From positions 656,991 to 720,748 of the forward strand of contig WELB01000006.1 of the NCBI GenBank assembly GCA_009602725.1: a DNA stretch of 63,758 bases, in the 5' to 3' direction. Position 1 is the stretch's first letter; each line of letters begins with the position of its first letter. A program made the translations under genes and the position numbers. This stretch comes from Spirogloea muscicola. Its lineage: Eukaryota. The notes below the pieces were generated by a model. It was not told the DNA's origin. It did not search any database and saw only the letters and a list, made by a program, of their open reading frames with translations. Positions 10,982 to 24,438 of the stretch are shown here, one piece after another.

Positions 10982-13900
10982 GGCGCGCCGCGCCGCTTCG
11001 CCTGCGCCGCGCACTCGGCGGTGCCGGGCGTCGTCACGATCATAGGCTCCGGGCCCCACCGCGTGGACTACGGCGCCGCTGCCGCTGTCGCCGCCGACGC
11101 GTCGCAGCCGGCGGCGGGCGGCGGCCTCAAGGAGGTCGTCGTGAGCCGAAAGTGCGGCGAGGCCGTGCTGCGCGGAGCTCAGGTGTGGCGGCCTGGTGAT
11201 AATCCCACAAACCCCCTCAGCCTGTGCTTCCTGACGGACGTACCTCCGCTGCGCCTCTTCTCCAGTGCCAGCGTGAGACACGGGTCTGACGCTTGTCGAG
11301 CCGCTGGACCGCCGTGGCCGCCGCTCGCAGTCGGCGGGCCCTCTGGGGCAGTCGATGCACCTCACTGCAAACGGCTCACGTTGGCACTAGTCATGGCTGA
11401 TTCTGTCAGGGTCTCGCCCCTGGAGCGCCAGGTGTTTGTGCCGGGCGTGCTCGCATGCAGTTCTCATGTGGAGGCCGGCGACACGGTGGCAGTCTCAGTT
11501 GCCGTGGAGCAGCTGGTGCCGCCGAAGCCGTCCGGTGCCCCGGATCGCCCGACGGCGGCTGCGGCTGGAGCTGGCAACGGCTGGAGCCGAGCGGTCTTCA
11601 CCAGGGGCACCACGCTTGGCTCTGCACACGCATCTGCATGTATGAGGCTGCTCCACAAGAGCAGCCTGCCCCTTACTCAGCTCTAGGATCTACTGGCAGT
11701 AGCGGCGTCCGGGACAGACGAATGCTCGCTCCCATGTGTTTCCCTCGGCAGCCTTCACTGTGACTTTGCGGCTCCATGGTGCTTCAGCTCTGAGCAGTCT
11801 CATAACTCCACTGTGGCAGTCGAGCCGGGCCCCGCACCCACGAGCGACCGGCGCTTCTGGCTGATTGGCGTCGGCAGGGCCGTCGTCTCCCGCACCAAGA
11901 TGTTCCGTGACAGCTCGGGCGTCGCGGTCGAGATGCTGCAGAGGGTCTTCGACCTCCCTCCTTGCCACAGTGAGCTACTGTGCCCCATGGCTAACACCAT
12001 CTGTTTGTCGGCATTAGAGCTTTGTCTATCTCCTGGGGCAGTCATGTCCTCTCTTTGCAGGCATCGCATCTCCTTGAGTTAACTGCAAGGTGCTGCAGCA
12101 TTGAGCAGTTCCAAGCTCTTGCACTCGACCAATGATTGTCATTTACCATGAAAATCTCGAACCTAGGTTGTACACTTAGAGTCCGATTAGTGTGCATGTG
12201 CATGTGATAGGCTTGCTGCCCAGGCTCGTCTTCCTGCAGAACCTTCCCAGCATACTCGCCGCTTACGTGCTCGGCAAGTATCTTGCTCTTTACCTCTCCT
12301 AGCAGCCTTATTGGTAGACACTGAATTCGTTATTACTGAGCCTGAACCCTAATCCTAGTAACTCTAATATCAGCCATGGATCAGAAGCCCGGAACACAGG
12401 CAAGTCAATGACCACATTTGGCGTGGCGCCTCACACGTAGACGCAGTGTACCTCTTCCAACACAGATGCATCTAATATGACCGTGAGAAAGTCAGAGGCC
12501 GTGGTAGTATGATAAGCCAAGCCAGTCTGCTCGTTCCTCCAGGCCCTAGGCCAAGGGAAAGGGTTCTGGACATGTGTGCGGCGCCAGGTGGAAAGACCAC
12601 TGCAATTGCCATTCTGATGAAGGATGAGGGCGAAGTCGTGGCCCTTGACCGCTCTCATAACAAGGTCCATATTCGTTGTCGGGCTCACCGATTTAAGCAG
12701 ACTGTGCAAATAATGCCTCAAGTCATCTTCTCCCGAGGATAAGCCTTGAACATCTAGATGAATAGATGGATGCTCAACATGGATCGTTCACATGTGCGTG
12801 CACCTTTCACATTGTTACCGCAAGGACTTATGCAGCACAAGTGTTCGTAGTGGTTTTCAGCAGAACTGTTGGCGCTGCTCTGATATGTTTCGCAGGTCAT
12901 CAACATCATAAGGCTCGCCAGTGAGATGGGCTTGAATTCCATCAAGGTGTACAAGAAGGACGCAACAAAAGCAGTCCTGCAAAGCGATGCAGATTCTGAC
13001 TCTCCACAGAGCATTGCCGCGAGCTTGCAGCAAAGCCAAGAAGCTGAAAGTGGCAGTGCACTGTCGCGGCGAGAAGCTAGGAGAGTCGAAGAGAGGCTGC
13101 GGCGCGGCATTAATATTGTGGCCGCAGCACAGAGGGTTCAGACACACGCGGGCTTTCCCCCGCGAAGCTTCGACCGCGTGCTGCTGGATGCACCTTGCTC
13201 CGCACTCGGCCTCAGGCCACGTCTTTTTGCGGGGGATGTAAGCATCTCCGTGCACAACTAGTCTCTTTGCTTGCTGCCATGCGCTCTACTTCAAGGTTAG
13301 GTGCCAAGCATTCTGCGCTTTGTTCGGCCAGTGAGTATAGACACTGCTAGACACTGCAGGGTCGTAAACCCTGTGTCTGAGGCGTGGGTGCTGTGCATGG
13401 CAGCGCCCAGTTCACAACTGAGTTGGCTCACTAGGGCATGGTGGCATGTGCGCCCTGGCCTTTGATGGCCACCAGTGCACGCTGGAGGAGCTGAGGATGG
13501 CCAGCATGTACCAGCGGCGGCTGCTGGACCAGGCTGTGCAGCTTGTTGCGCCAGGTGGCACGTTCGTCTACTCCACGTGCTCACGATCTCCCTCCCCACC
13601 TGAAAGCCTCCCATGAACTGCTCGCTGCCTGCAGGCCCAGCATGACCTGTGATTGACTTGCTGCATTTTAACTTGCTCGGTGATTTGTCACTTAATGGGG
13701 TGGAAGAGGATTACTTAGCAGATCAGTAAGCTCTTTGCGTGTGGGTTTTGGCTGTGCAGGTGTACAATAAATCCGGGGGAGAATGAAGCTGTTGTAAGAT
13801 ATGCACTGGACAAGTACAACTTCTTGGTACTGTCGCCGCAGGTTTGCTTGCACCTATGCCTGTCAATGTTTGCAGTTATGCTTCTAAAGGCCTTAGGCTT

Positions 13901-14580
13901 CAGCCACCTCCTCGTTGCTTCAAGGTCCCCGGGGTACGCACATGAGTACGACAAGCCTTGTGCCTCAGGTGACTCTCTGGTTGTCACTGCAAGCAAGCAA
14001 GCAGACATGCTACCCAGCCTGCCCCTCACGAGCTGGACGCTCTGAATTGCTGAAGAAGCTCCGCACTACAGAGCGAGACTCCTTCGTATCGGCTCAGAAG
14101 CTGATGGTTACACAATGCTTGGAATCTGTCTTGACGCCGCAGGAGCCGAACTTGGGAGGACCTGGGCTGGTGGGTGGAGAAGACGTCTTCGACGGCGTTG
14201 GTAATAAGTATGCTATCTTCAACTCAACTCAACTTAAGTGACCCACTGCCTATTGTAAATCTTGACAAAGCATCTCACCATATGCACATGAAGGAGGTCT
14301 CACTACCATAGAGGCAATGAGCACATGCCACGCTTTCCATGTAAGTAGCACCTGGAGGCAGACAGAGCAGCTTTTCAGGCTCTTCCAGCGCTAACCCCCT
14401 TGATTTAAGCTACGACTGTGAATCATCACTGCAAAGTCATAGTCAGAGTGCTGGTGGTGCAGGAGATGGCTAACCAGCGCGGAGCAACACCTTGTCCAGC
14501 GCTTCGATCCTTCTCACGAGCTGGACACCATTGGGTTCTTCATTGCCAAGTTCACCAGACTAAAGTGCAACAACTTGTGA
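10982..14580 (+). CDS. NSUN6: NOL1/NOP2/Sun (NSUN6-like) RNA m5C methyltransferase with PUA domain; start hidden in N gap
   Basis: KCGEAVLRGAQVFVPGVLA (PUA), FLQNLPS, RVLDMCAAPGGKTT, FDRVLLDAPCSALGLRPRLF, VYSTCTINPGENE, DTIGFFIAKF. Confidence 0.88.
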
Positions 14581-15296
14581 CGGAGGCAGACTCTTTGGAT
14601 GAATAACTGCTTCACTTCACTCCCGATCAATGTTCCATATATCATTTATTGCTTCTGTTGAGTTGCAGCAAGAATGCGACATCTACACCTTGAAGAGAGG
14701 AGTACTAGAGCTGTCTCTTCTCCCATTGATCAGCGAATTTTGAGAAAGCCTGCTGCTCTACTCCAACCCGCTAACTCCCTCGAAGTTTGCGGGTATCAGA
14801 AGGACAAGGTTTGAATGCCGTCCACGGGTCAGAAAACTTCTATGGCTTGCTCCACTCTCGATGAAGTAGGTGCCTGATGGCTGGTCAGTGGTGAAAACTT
14901 ACTCAAATTATTTGTAGATAGGAGCGTTGGCATGTGGGCATGGTCCTTCACGAAATTGTGGGTGCTGCAAGCAGTTCTGTCTGCGGGGTCCATTTATCTG
15001 CTCGAGTGTGTCGAATTCGTCCGCGGGGTCCTCTGATTATGCTTGAGTGCGTCGTGGATCGCACTACCTCGTTCATAGGACACTCGCAGCATGAGCAGGA
15101 CAAGGTGGTGGGCATGGTTGAGTGGAGGAGTCGATGTCAGCACGATATCAAATGCGAAGCTGCTTCACGCTCGGGCTTCATGCATGTACCCAAGCATTGG
15201 ACAGTAGAGCGCAGATGACACTGGTGAAAATAAAGGGCCAGTGCTCCAAAACTGAGGAGCTAAGCAATGGAGGGCTTGCGATAATTATCAATGTCC

Positions 15297-15298
<2 letters not shown>

Positions 15299-15352
<54 letters not shown>
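15299..15352 (+). repeat. (AG)n microsatellite
   Basis: About 26 AG units just downstream of the SUB1-like stop. Confidence 0.95.
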
Positions 15353-15355
<3 letters not shown>

Positions 15356-15390
15356 CGCGCGGAGCACATGTCCAGAAGGTGACAAGTGAA

Positions 15391-18300
15391 TCAATGTGTC
15401 TTGTGTGAGCAGTACTTGACTCCATGCCGGCAGTCCTGGGTCAGGTCATTAAACGTCTCTATTTGTCGCCGTCCCTTCTTCATCACCTCATAGTCTAGCA
15501 TTGCTGCAAGGTACCCGTCAAATCTGAGGACCCCTCTGCTACCATACTTGGCCACTGTCTCCCTCTGCCACTTGCTGCCTAAAGCCCAGAGGTGCTCAAA
15601 GTCCTTCAGAAGATGTATTGTGTAGTGCTGCTTCAGGGGGTCGAAGAAAGTTGGGTCCCTCTCATTCGTGGCTATGTACAAGATTCTGCCAAAGGGTACT
15701 CCCAAAGCAGGGAGCTTCTTCATCAGCGCCTCTGGTTGGGTATCCTCGTCTACATGCGGCCAATCTGCCTTCCTCTGTGTTGCCTTGTCCCCTCTTCTTA
15801 CGTGTACTGTATCAAAGTCAGGCCCCATTGCTTGCCCAATGGCTTCTGCCATCTCCAGTATGAATGGGGCTGGCCTAAGTGGACCATATGTGCGATTAAT
15901 AGTTTTCTGGTTATCAGGTGTCATACACACCATATACCAATATTTTCCAGGAAAATCCCGGCGAATGATGGTACTGGTGTCGTCCTTATAAGGCTGAGAA
16001 GCTTGCAATCTATCCAACACGGTGACTGTTGCCTGTCTTGGTCAAAGAACCGCCAACTCAGGGATCAGAAACTATGACAATGCAAGTCAGTGAACGCATG
16101 GAGAAATGGAAAGGTGTTGAGCAAGATGTTGGAGCACAGTAGGCCAGGATAAACCAAAGGGCTTCAAGACTACGGGATTCTATCATCACTCTACACCAAG
16201 ATGGAACTTTCGATCATCAACAATGTCCACTATCATGGACTGGGCCTCCAGCTTGCTACATTATCAAATGTACTCACCGGGTTGTCAGGGTGGGCCCTGT
16301 TCCACGCATCCAAGGAGTGCTCGAAGTCAAGCATGTATACGATATTTACAAACCTGTCAAGTAAGTCCATCTGTAAACAGAAGGCAGGAGGACTAGGAGC
16401 AGTGTGCAGAGAGAAAGACAATGAGGCCCAAGGAGGTGAGGTAGAGAGAAGGTGGGGAGGGAGGTAGAGTGTGTAAGGGATATCATAGAAGCACCAAGAT
16501 AAAACATCCAAGGCAGGTGTTTGCACACAAGCGTTTGAACTTCTTACGTCTTCAAATATTCAACATCATAGTACATGTGGATATCACGGTACTGCCAGTC
16601 TCCAGAAGTGTCTGCATGGCCTGGATCCATGCAGTAGTCTCGATCTGACAAGCAGTGAAACAAGCTCAGAAGGTAAGATGTAATGGTTTGGCCTCCAACG
16701 AGGCCTACTGCAATCCAACTTTTTCAAATTGCATCAAGACTGACAGAGCATTTTCTTGGTTCTTGCGTTCTGTCTCTACCAAGTACTTCTGTACAAGTCT
16801 GAAGTAGCAGTCTGAGGAGGTGAAGGTCTGCATTAACTGCTTGCATGCCTTCAAATGAGGACGAAGTCTCTGACGAAATGAGCAACATGCATTGTCTGCA
16901 CAAGCGAGTTAGAGGCTTACTGTGTCGGTGTACTGCTGAGTAAGCACTTACCCAGAACCAGGGTGCGATTAAGATACCGAGCCTCCGCAGCGTAGCAATT
17001 AAGACTGTCGAATTTGTGCTGCAAGGTAGAAAAGCAGTCAGCTACATTGTCATTCTCTTTTGAGCAAGTTGCCCTACTCCAAGCTGAAGGTAAAGTCAAC
17101 GCTGAGGATATAGGCCGTAGGGCAGGCAACATATTTCGACAACAAACTTTTCAGGAGATGTCAACAAGAATGTACAAGACCTTGAGGATAGTGCAAGGAG
17201 GAGTCAGTGACTAAGCTGCTAATCACACCACTGGACCAGACCAGGCACCAGGGTCCTCACCACTACGCCTGCGCAAAAAGCGCTACTCCGTCTGTAGAAC
17301 AGATATTTCACGCTCCCGTCAAAGTGCATGGAGCCATATGTCTCTCTGGCCACGGCTCCAGAGAAGAAACCCGCCACCGCATCAACGTCATATCTGTGGA
17401 CCAGATAAATATTGCCCACTGTGCAACCTGTGAGCATCCCTGAATTGCTGTTGCCAGCAACTTCATACTTCCAATGATCCTCATGACCAGCATGCTTCTT
17501 GACCTTCAGCAGTCAGGCTGAGACACAAGAGCTACTAAGTCAAGTTGGAAGACAAGGGCCCCTGTCTGCTACTTTTGCAGTAAAGACAGTGACCCGTTGT
17601 TGTCTGCACCTTTTGTAAGGACCTAGCACCCTATAACCATAGCGACAAACTGCCTCATCAGTAAATTGCTAACCACGCCGCCTCTTGCGTGTAATTGACA
17701 CGCTTTGGTTTTGCAAGAAGACCAGCAGAAAGGTAAATACCTGCAAAATTGCTGATCCCATGTAAAGGTGATCCTTCGATAGTCTGCATGGACGGGGCTG
17801 AAGACATTGTCATCTCGCCTGGAGTACCAAGAGACGTCACATTGTGTTGGATTGTCAACTTTTACAGCCTCCCGAAACTTGCTGAAGACAATCTTTGGGA
17901 ATTCCTTCTGTGGACCAATTTGTGAGTAAAACACAAACTCAGTCAGCCCCCTTGGTCAACAATATTCCTGCACAACCACTGAAGGAGTCTGCCCTTGCAA
18001 TGAAATTGCTCTCCCTCATGTGAAAGGTGTCTGTGCCTGGGGCCTACTTGCTCTGTGCACCCTACATCTTGATTCAGACCTACACCTAGAACACCAAGAT
18101 GTACAACAACGCTAGCCTCGTCAAGCACAGCTTAATGTGCAGCATGTATAGGCTTGTAAAAACTTAACAGCCTTCATATGCTTAGTCTAGAGGTAGTTCA
18201 ATGCTAGTGATTGAATTTCTGCCAGCATAAAGACGAGAACGGGCAGTGCTGCTTGCTAATGCAGATTCAAGCTGGACGTATGCAACAACTCCGCTGTACA

Positions 18301-18910
18301 TGCATCGGCTGTGCAAAAGGGTAAAAATGCATGACCATTGCATGACCATTCTTATCAAGAGCGGACAATTCCTGGAGCATGAGACCACCATGGGATATAT
18401 CCTACATGCGCCAAGTACCTGGAGGTGATCCTCAACGGCTTCGAGAATTGTAGGATGCCCACAGTCTACAGCCTCACCCTTCCTGTCGCCACATTCGCTT
18501 GGAAGGCCTTCTGTCACGGGAAGCTGAACTTCAGGATCCAAGCTCCTCATTGCGGAAGCCAAGCCAAAGTCCTCGATGCCGCTAAGCTGCTTTGGATCAG
18601 CCGCTCCGAGTTCCGCCTCTAGCTGGCTTAAGTCTACAGAAGCGAGCTGAGCATGTGCCGAGCCGCGGCCACCTGCGCTGTAGTTGGCGACCAGCACGCT
18701 CGTCATGTCAATGGTCCACGGGTCGCCGGGCAGAGGAGACACTGTCTGGACAATGGCCAACGCGATCCCGAGGAAGAGGAGCAGCGCGACGGCCAAGGCC
18801 TTCAGGCGGCCCCTTGGGAGCCACAGGGGCCACGGCACGGGCTTCCTAGGGACGTGTACGTGATCACCAGCGCCGTCGCGGCTAACGGCGTCGGGGCTTG
18901 AGACGGCCAT
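15391..18910 (-). CDS. SUB1-like / O-fucosyltransferase-like type II membrane protein, multi-exon
   Basis: N-terminal TM followed by DPW; VDCGHP..LEAVE, QCDVSW, DYRRITF, KYLFYRR, EARYLNRTLVL, DFDTVHVRRGDK, WPHVDEDTQP, LYIATNE, IETFNDLT, all typical of the plant SUB1 family as recalled. Confidence 0.78.
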
Positions 18911-19025
18911 GGGCCCGACGGCGGCGCGGCGGTGCCTGTCAGCTCGGAAACCAGCCCGGCACAAGGGCCGGCAGAAGCTGCACGGCCTGCCCGCTGCACT
19001 AGGCGCGGACGTTGGCGCGTTTGCA

Positions 19026-19074
<49 letters not shown>

Positions 19075-19249
19075 GTGCACACCCAAGACCAGGACAGCGG
19101 GGATGTGGACCGTTAGAGGTTGACCATTGGGTGGCACCCAAGATGCGTACCCACGAGCTTGGCCCCGGAGGAGGGCGCGCGCTTGAAGGGGAAGGAGCAA
19201 AAGCCAGTTGACTATTTATGGCACAAAGCCTAGTGGGCATGCTTTGCAC

Positions 19250-20822
19250 AGAGGAAAGGGCTCGCCCATTGAGGATAGGGGCTGGAAAAGCCAGCCCGAA
19301 AAGGAAGGAACAAAGTACGAGAAGGGGGCCCAGGGGAAGCGCTACGGTAAACAAGCACAACAACAAACAAAGCTACGTATAACTCAGTACCCCCCACTAA
19401 GCAGCCTTAGGTCAGAGAAGCTAGGCTCCTGGAAGTGGGTCCCCTGGCCAGAGCCAGAGGCAGCAGCGAGAACACAGAGGCAGTCGTGGTCGCCGTCTGG
19501 TTAATGCTTGCCGGCTTCCCGTAGACCTTGTTGATCTCTTGTGGGCTGGCTTTTCACAGGGAATCAAGTAGCTACGAATCACTCAGTAACCCCTACTAAG
19601 CAGCCGCAGGTTGGAGAAATTGGTCTCCTGGTAGCGGATTCCCTGGCTGTCTAGCTGTGTCATTTTCCTTATTCGGCATCTTTTTGGCTATTTGGAACTT
19701 TGTCCATTCTTTTTCAGCTGGCCTCTGCCAGCCCCTCTTCTCTATGGGCGCGCAACTTTTCCTAGGGCCAGAGGCTGCAGCTAAGGCACGACCGGCACGC
19801 AGATGCAGCGTTCGAGCCATAGAACTCTGCAGCGAGACAAACAGGCGCATGCGATACACCTGCGCCTGCTGCATTTTCACGTCCCTCGGCCCCTAAGAAA
19901 AGGAAGTGGCTCTTCCAGTAGAGGACGATGGCTGTGATTGGCCAGCCTCAAAAAGAAGAAACAGATTTCGAAGGGGCTCCAGAGCGAAAACTACAGAGCA
20001 AGTTCCAGCTCCGAACTTACTCCGACTTTTGGCTGCTGACTCGCGGTTACCCTGCTCACATCCGCTCTCTTGCATAGCCATGAGTTTTTGGCGCCTTTTG
20101 GCCCTTTGGACCCATTCTTTTGGGCTGGCCTCTCACAGCAGGGGACGAGTCGTACCCCTGGCCGTCGATGTGCACGCGGCTTTCGGATCCCAGTGGCTCG
20201 TCCTTTTGTGCAGAGAGAGGTTACTGAGAGTTCGCTTACTGCTGTCTCAGTCCTTAGCACTCCGACTCCTTCAGACCTTGTCCATTCTTTTGGGCTGGCC
20301 TCTCCCAGCCACCAGTTAATCTGGCCGCGCTTGCTATTTTGTGCAGCGCGCTGTGTCCCGCAGGTGAAATGACCAGGCTGACTTCAATGCGGCTGGCTTG
20401 CTAGCTCAGGTCTATCGTATGCGCCTCTCCATCTCCCTCCAGCAATCCATGGCCCACGCCTTGCATCTGCGTGCTGGCCGTGCTCTAGCTGCAGCTTCTG
20501 GCTTTCGTCAGGGGGATTGCTTTCCGACTGCAATCTTTCAGAATTGCAGCTCCTCACTCGTGGATACAAATTGATTTATCCTACCGGGCAAGCTCTGAGA
20601 GCGCTTTTGGCGCTTCTGTCGGATTTGAGGCTCCTCACTAGTAACTACTGAGTGGTCCATCCTCCCATAAACCCTAAACCCGTTCTGACATAGCGTCTTC
20701 AGGCCCCTTCGTAGCTGCTAAGCGTCTTAGGCCGCTCCGTCATTTGGCCCCTTCGAACCTTTGTCAATGCTTTTCGGGCTGGCTTTTACAGCCCTTGCCC
20801 CCATTGGGAGAGCCACTTCTCT
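19250..20822. mobile_element. Cluster 2 of nested RLE retroelement 3' fragments
   Basis: Same ORF ends (AQVYRMRL..LHLRAGRALAAASG, LSDLRLLT) and same hairpin 3' UTRs in both orientations; 10-bp TSD at 20204-20213/20337-20346; accctaaaccc at ~20671. Confidence 0.85.
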
Positions 20823-21734
20823 TTAGCTGCTTCGTTTCTTTCGTTGTGCTTGTTGTTCTTCGTGCTTAAGGTCCTTCGCCGCTTCCTCTCAGGACGCCCG
20901 CCGCCGCCGCCGCCGCCGCCGTCGCCGCCGCCTGGCCATGGCGGCGCTCGGGCAGGCGGCGGCCGNNNNNNNNNNNNNNNNNNNNNNNNNNNNNNNNNNN
21001 NNNNNNNNNNNNNNNNNNNNNNNNNNNNNNNNNNNNNNNNNNNNNNNNNNNNNNNNNNNNNNNNNNNNNNNNNNNNNNNNNNNNNNNNNNNNNNNNNNNN
21101 NNNNNNNNNNNNNNNNNNNNNNNNNNNNNNNNNNNNNNNNNNNNNNNNNNNNNNNNNNNNNNNNNNNNNNNNNNNNNNNNNNNNNNNNNNNNNNNNNNNN
21201 NNNNNNNNNNNNNNNNNNNNNNNNNNNNNNNNNNNNNNNNNNNNNNNNNNNNNNNNNNNNNNNNNNNNNNNNNNNNNNNNNNNNNNNNNNNNNNNNNNNN
21301 NNNNNNNNNNNNNNNNNNNNNNNNNNNNNNNNNNNNNNNNNNNNNNNNNNNNNNNNNNNNNNNNNNNNNNNNNNNNNNNNNNNNNNNNNNNNNNNNNNNN
21401 NNNNNNNNNNNNNNNNNNNNNNNNNNNNNNNNNNNNNNNNNNNNNNNNNNNNNNNNNNNNNNNNNNNNNNNNNNNNNNNNNNNNNNNNNNNNNNNNNNNN
21501 NNNNNNNNNNNNNNNNNNNNNNNNNNNNNNNNNNNNNNNNNNNNNNNNNNNNNNNNNNNNNNNNNNNNNNNNNNNNNNNNNNNNNNNNNNNNNNNNNNNN
21601 NNNNNNNNNNNNNNNNNNNNNNNNNNNNNNNNGCCGCGGCGCTGCCGGCGGTGCGGCGCCCGCGGCTCCCGCGCGCCGCGCGGCAGCGCAGCCTCTGGGA
21701 GACATCTCCCGCTCGGCCACCGCCGGCTCGCACC

Positions 21735-24322
21735 ATGGCTTCGCTCCTCAAGTCGGCCCTGGGCCTGGAGAGCAAGCCGGCTGGGAGCCCCGTCGCTCTG
21801 AACATCATGGTTGGCGAAGAGGTCGTCGCGGACTGCAAGGTCTACCACGGCACGCTCAACAACGGCAGCGTCACCCTTCACTTCGTGCAGTGCGGGCCAG
21901 CTGCCGGGCCTTTGGTGAGTGGCTGGGTTGAAAGCATGACGTCATGGCGGAAATCTGAAGACCTTCTCTCAGCCACCTCAAGTGACACAGTCGCCAGTCG
22001 TGTGTCCAAGTCACAGGTCGTTGCATATCTCCTTCTCTACTTCTGAACTTTAAGCAGTACATGCCCAATATATTGCTAGCTTTGCTTCAATCGCAACTTA
22101 TTCTACTGGGCTGACACCTTACCTAACGGATTGTATGAAGTATATTTGTCGCTCAGACGAGTATGCGCATGTTCGTAGGTGATCCTGCTTCATGGATTTC
22201 CAAGTTTCTGGCTCACCTGGAAGTACCAACTAGGACCATTGAGTGCAGCAGGCTTTCATGTCGTGGCACCCGACATGCGAGGCTACAATTACTCCTCAAA
22301 GCCAAGCGGTTTAGTGAATTACAGCCGAGAAGCCTTGTGTTCTGATGTCAACGCAATAATCAATCACTTCAGCCCTGATCGGCCAGCTTCTCTGGTGCAT
22401 TTCCAGACTCCTGTGTCTCTACCCTGCCTGAGATTTCTGGACTCCACCTGAGATGTTCGGTCTCTTTGTCTCTCTGAAGCTCTAGCACCTAAGAATATTG
22501 CAGGAAACTTACACTAGGTGCCACTAGTTTGCACTGGTACATCTCATGTCAATATGCTGAGACCATGTCAGGTAGGCCATGACTGGGGGGGCAACGTGGC
22601 CTGGACTTTTGCTCATGATTATCCTGAGCGAGTATACAAGCTTGCGATACTTAATAGCCCCCACCCTAGCTCCTTCGCTGCAGCTCTCAAAGGCAATGTG
22701 CAGCAGATGCGACGCAGCTGGTATATGTGTAAGTGAGCTGACTGATTTGCCACCCTCTCCCATGTTCTTGCTCAACACATTGAGTCCTGTCAATGTTGAG
22801 TGTGTCCTTCCCCCTTTTCTTCAGTACTGGAGCATACAAAGCTGCTGTGCCAATGGCCATCAATGCATCATTGATATCTGTGTGTATTCTGCTGCATCCA
22901 GTCCTCTTCCAGTTGCCTGGATTTGGCGAGACCTACTTGAAGATGAACAAGTGAGTAAGATAGCCTGCATATGCCTGGTCTGTTGACGATTTTGCGAGCC
23001 TGTCTAAAAGCAGGAGTATGCAATTGCTTAATGCCACCGTCCTGGCTGTGGTAGGTCAGAGCTCTCTACTGCACTCCACAACATAGTCGCTTGCAGAAGC
23101 GTCTTGCAAGAAATGTGCAGGTCATGAGTGCCAAAGACAGTCCTTGTGCATGGTGATGTGTGCTTGAGGCACTTTTGACATTTACCAGCCGACCACCATT
23201 TGAAAATGAGCATGTCTTTCACTGGATCAGTTATGAAAAGCTGCGCGGGATCCTGAGTGACATGTCAACCAAACCTGTTTCTGAGGAAGATATAGAGCGG
23301 TAAGCACATGACTCGATCACTGTACGGAGTTTCACTCACAAGCCTGATTGAGGTTTTCTGTCTAGTTGAATTGAAGTTGACCTGGACTTCTCAGCAGCAG
23401 ATTCTATGGAATCTATGAATCCTGCTGTACTACATGATAGCCTAGCTATTGGCTTTGCTTAATGCTCTCTAATGGGTTCTGCTTTTATCAGCCACGTGGA
23501 GGCATATGCTATACCTGGTGTGCTCACTGCCACATTAGACTATTATCGAGCCCTACTTACTGGTGGTCAGTGGAAGTCTCCCTCTCACAGCAAGACAAAG
23601 GTTCGTGGAATCTGAAAACTTTGCTTATCTGGCAGTCAATGGCAAGTCCACAATATGATCAATTTGTTAAACATGACCAAGCGAGATAAGACAGCTGGCA
23701 AGCAAATGGAAGCTATTGCGTGCTCTGTGTTGCATTCCTTCACTGCAAATGTCGATTGTAGCTAAGAACCAGTCTTGCCTTTACCGTAGAGCCAATGCTG
23801 GTAAGGCATTGCAGACTTGGCAGACCAAGCTTTCCTACCTTCTGGGAGCTTGGGATGCATGCTTCACAGAGCTCACATCCGCTTTTATTGGCCATTGCAG
23901 CTTGAGATGCCAGTCTTTCTCATTTGGGGCGAGAAAGATGACGCATTCATCGACGAGCTAGGATATATTCCAGAGGACGTCGTACTTAACGGCCACACAC
24001 TAAGGCTTCCAATGGTGAGCTTTCATTCAAGACTGCACTGTTTGCACATATGTCAAGGCTATATCATCATGCGTGTGTGATGTTCTTATTATGGCACCCT
24101 AGCACTTATAACAGTCAAATGATAATTGGAGAACATCAGTAGTTCGTTTGTGTGCAGTTGCTCACTGATGAACCAGCAAGGATGTCATAAGTCGAAGATT
24201 GCTCTTCTGTGATGCAGGCTTCTCATTGGGTAATGTGGGATGAACGTGAGGTTGTGAACCGGACACTAATCAACTTCCTCAAGGAGGATCATGTCACAGC
24301 AGCCGCAAATTCCAGGCTGTAA
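21735..24322 (+). CDS. Epoxide hydrolase-like alpha/beta hydrolase (EPHX3/4 / bacterial type), multi-exon
   Basis: LLHGFP.FW..WKYQ, VVAPDMRGYN.SSKP, VGHDWGG nucleophile motif, RRSWYMFLFQLP, LIWGEKD, ASHWV. Confidence 0.88.
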
Positions 24323-24438
24323 CAATCATGACCTTGAGTGTAGCAAGATGCTCAATCAGATGCTTTCAATTGCACAAGACCTACAGATTACTTGAAGAGT
24401 ATCTAGACATTGTCAGCAATCTAATGGCTGCCCAGGTT

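Noticed and set aside
9238..11686. Very long six-frame ORFs crossing N gaps (also 20786-22046, 37414-38541)
   Set aside because: These are artefacts of translating Ns and GC-rich antisense frames.
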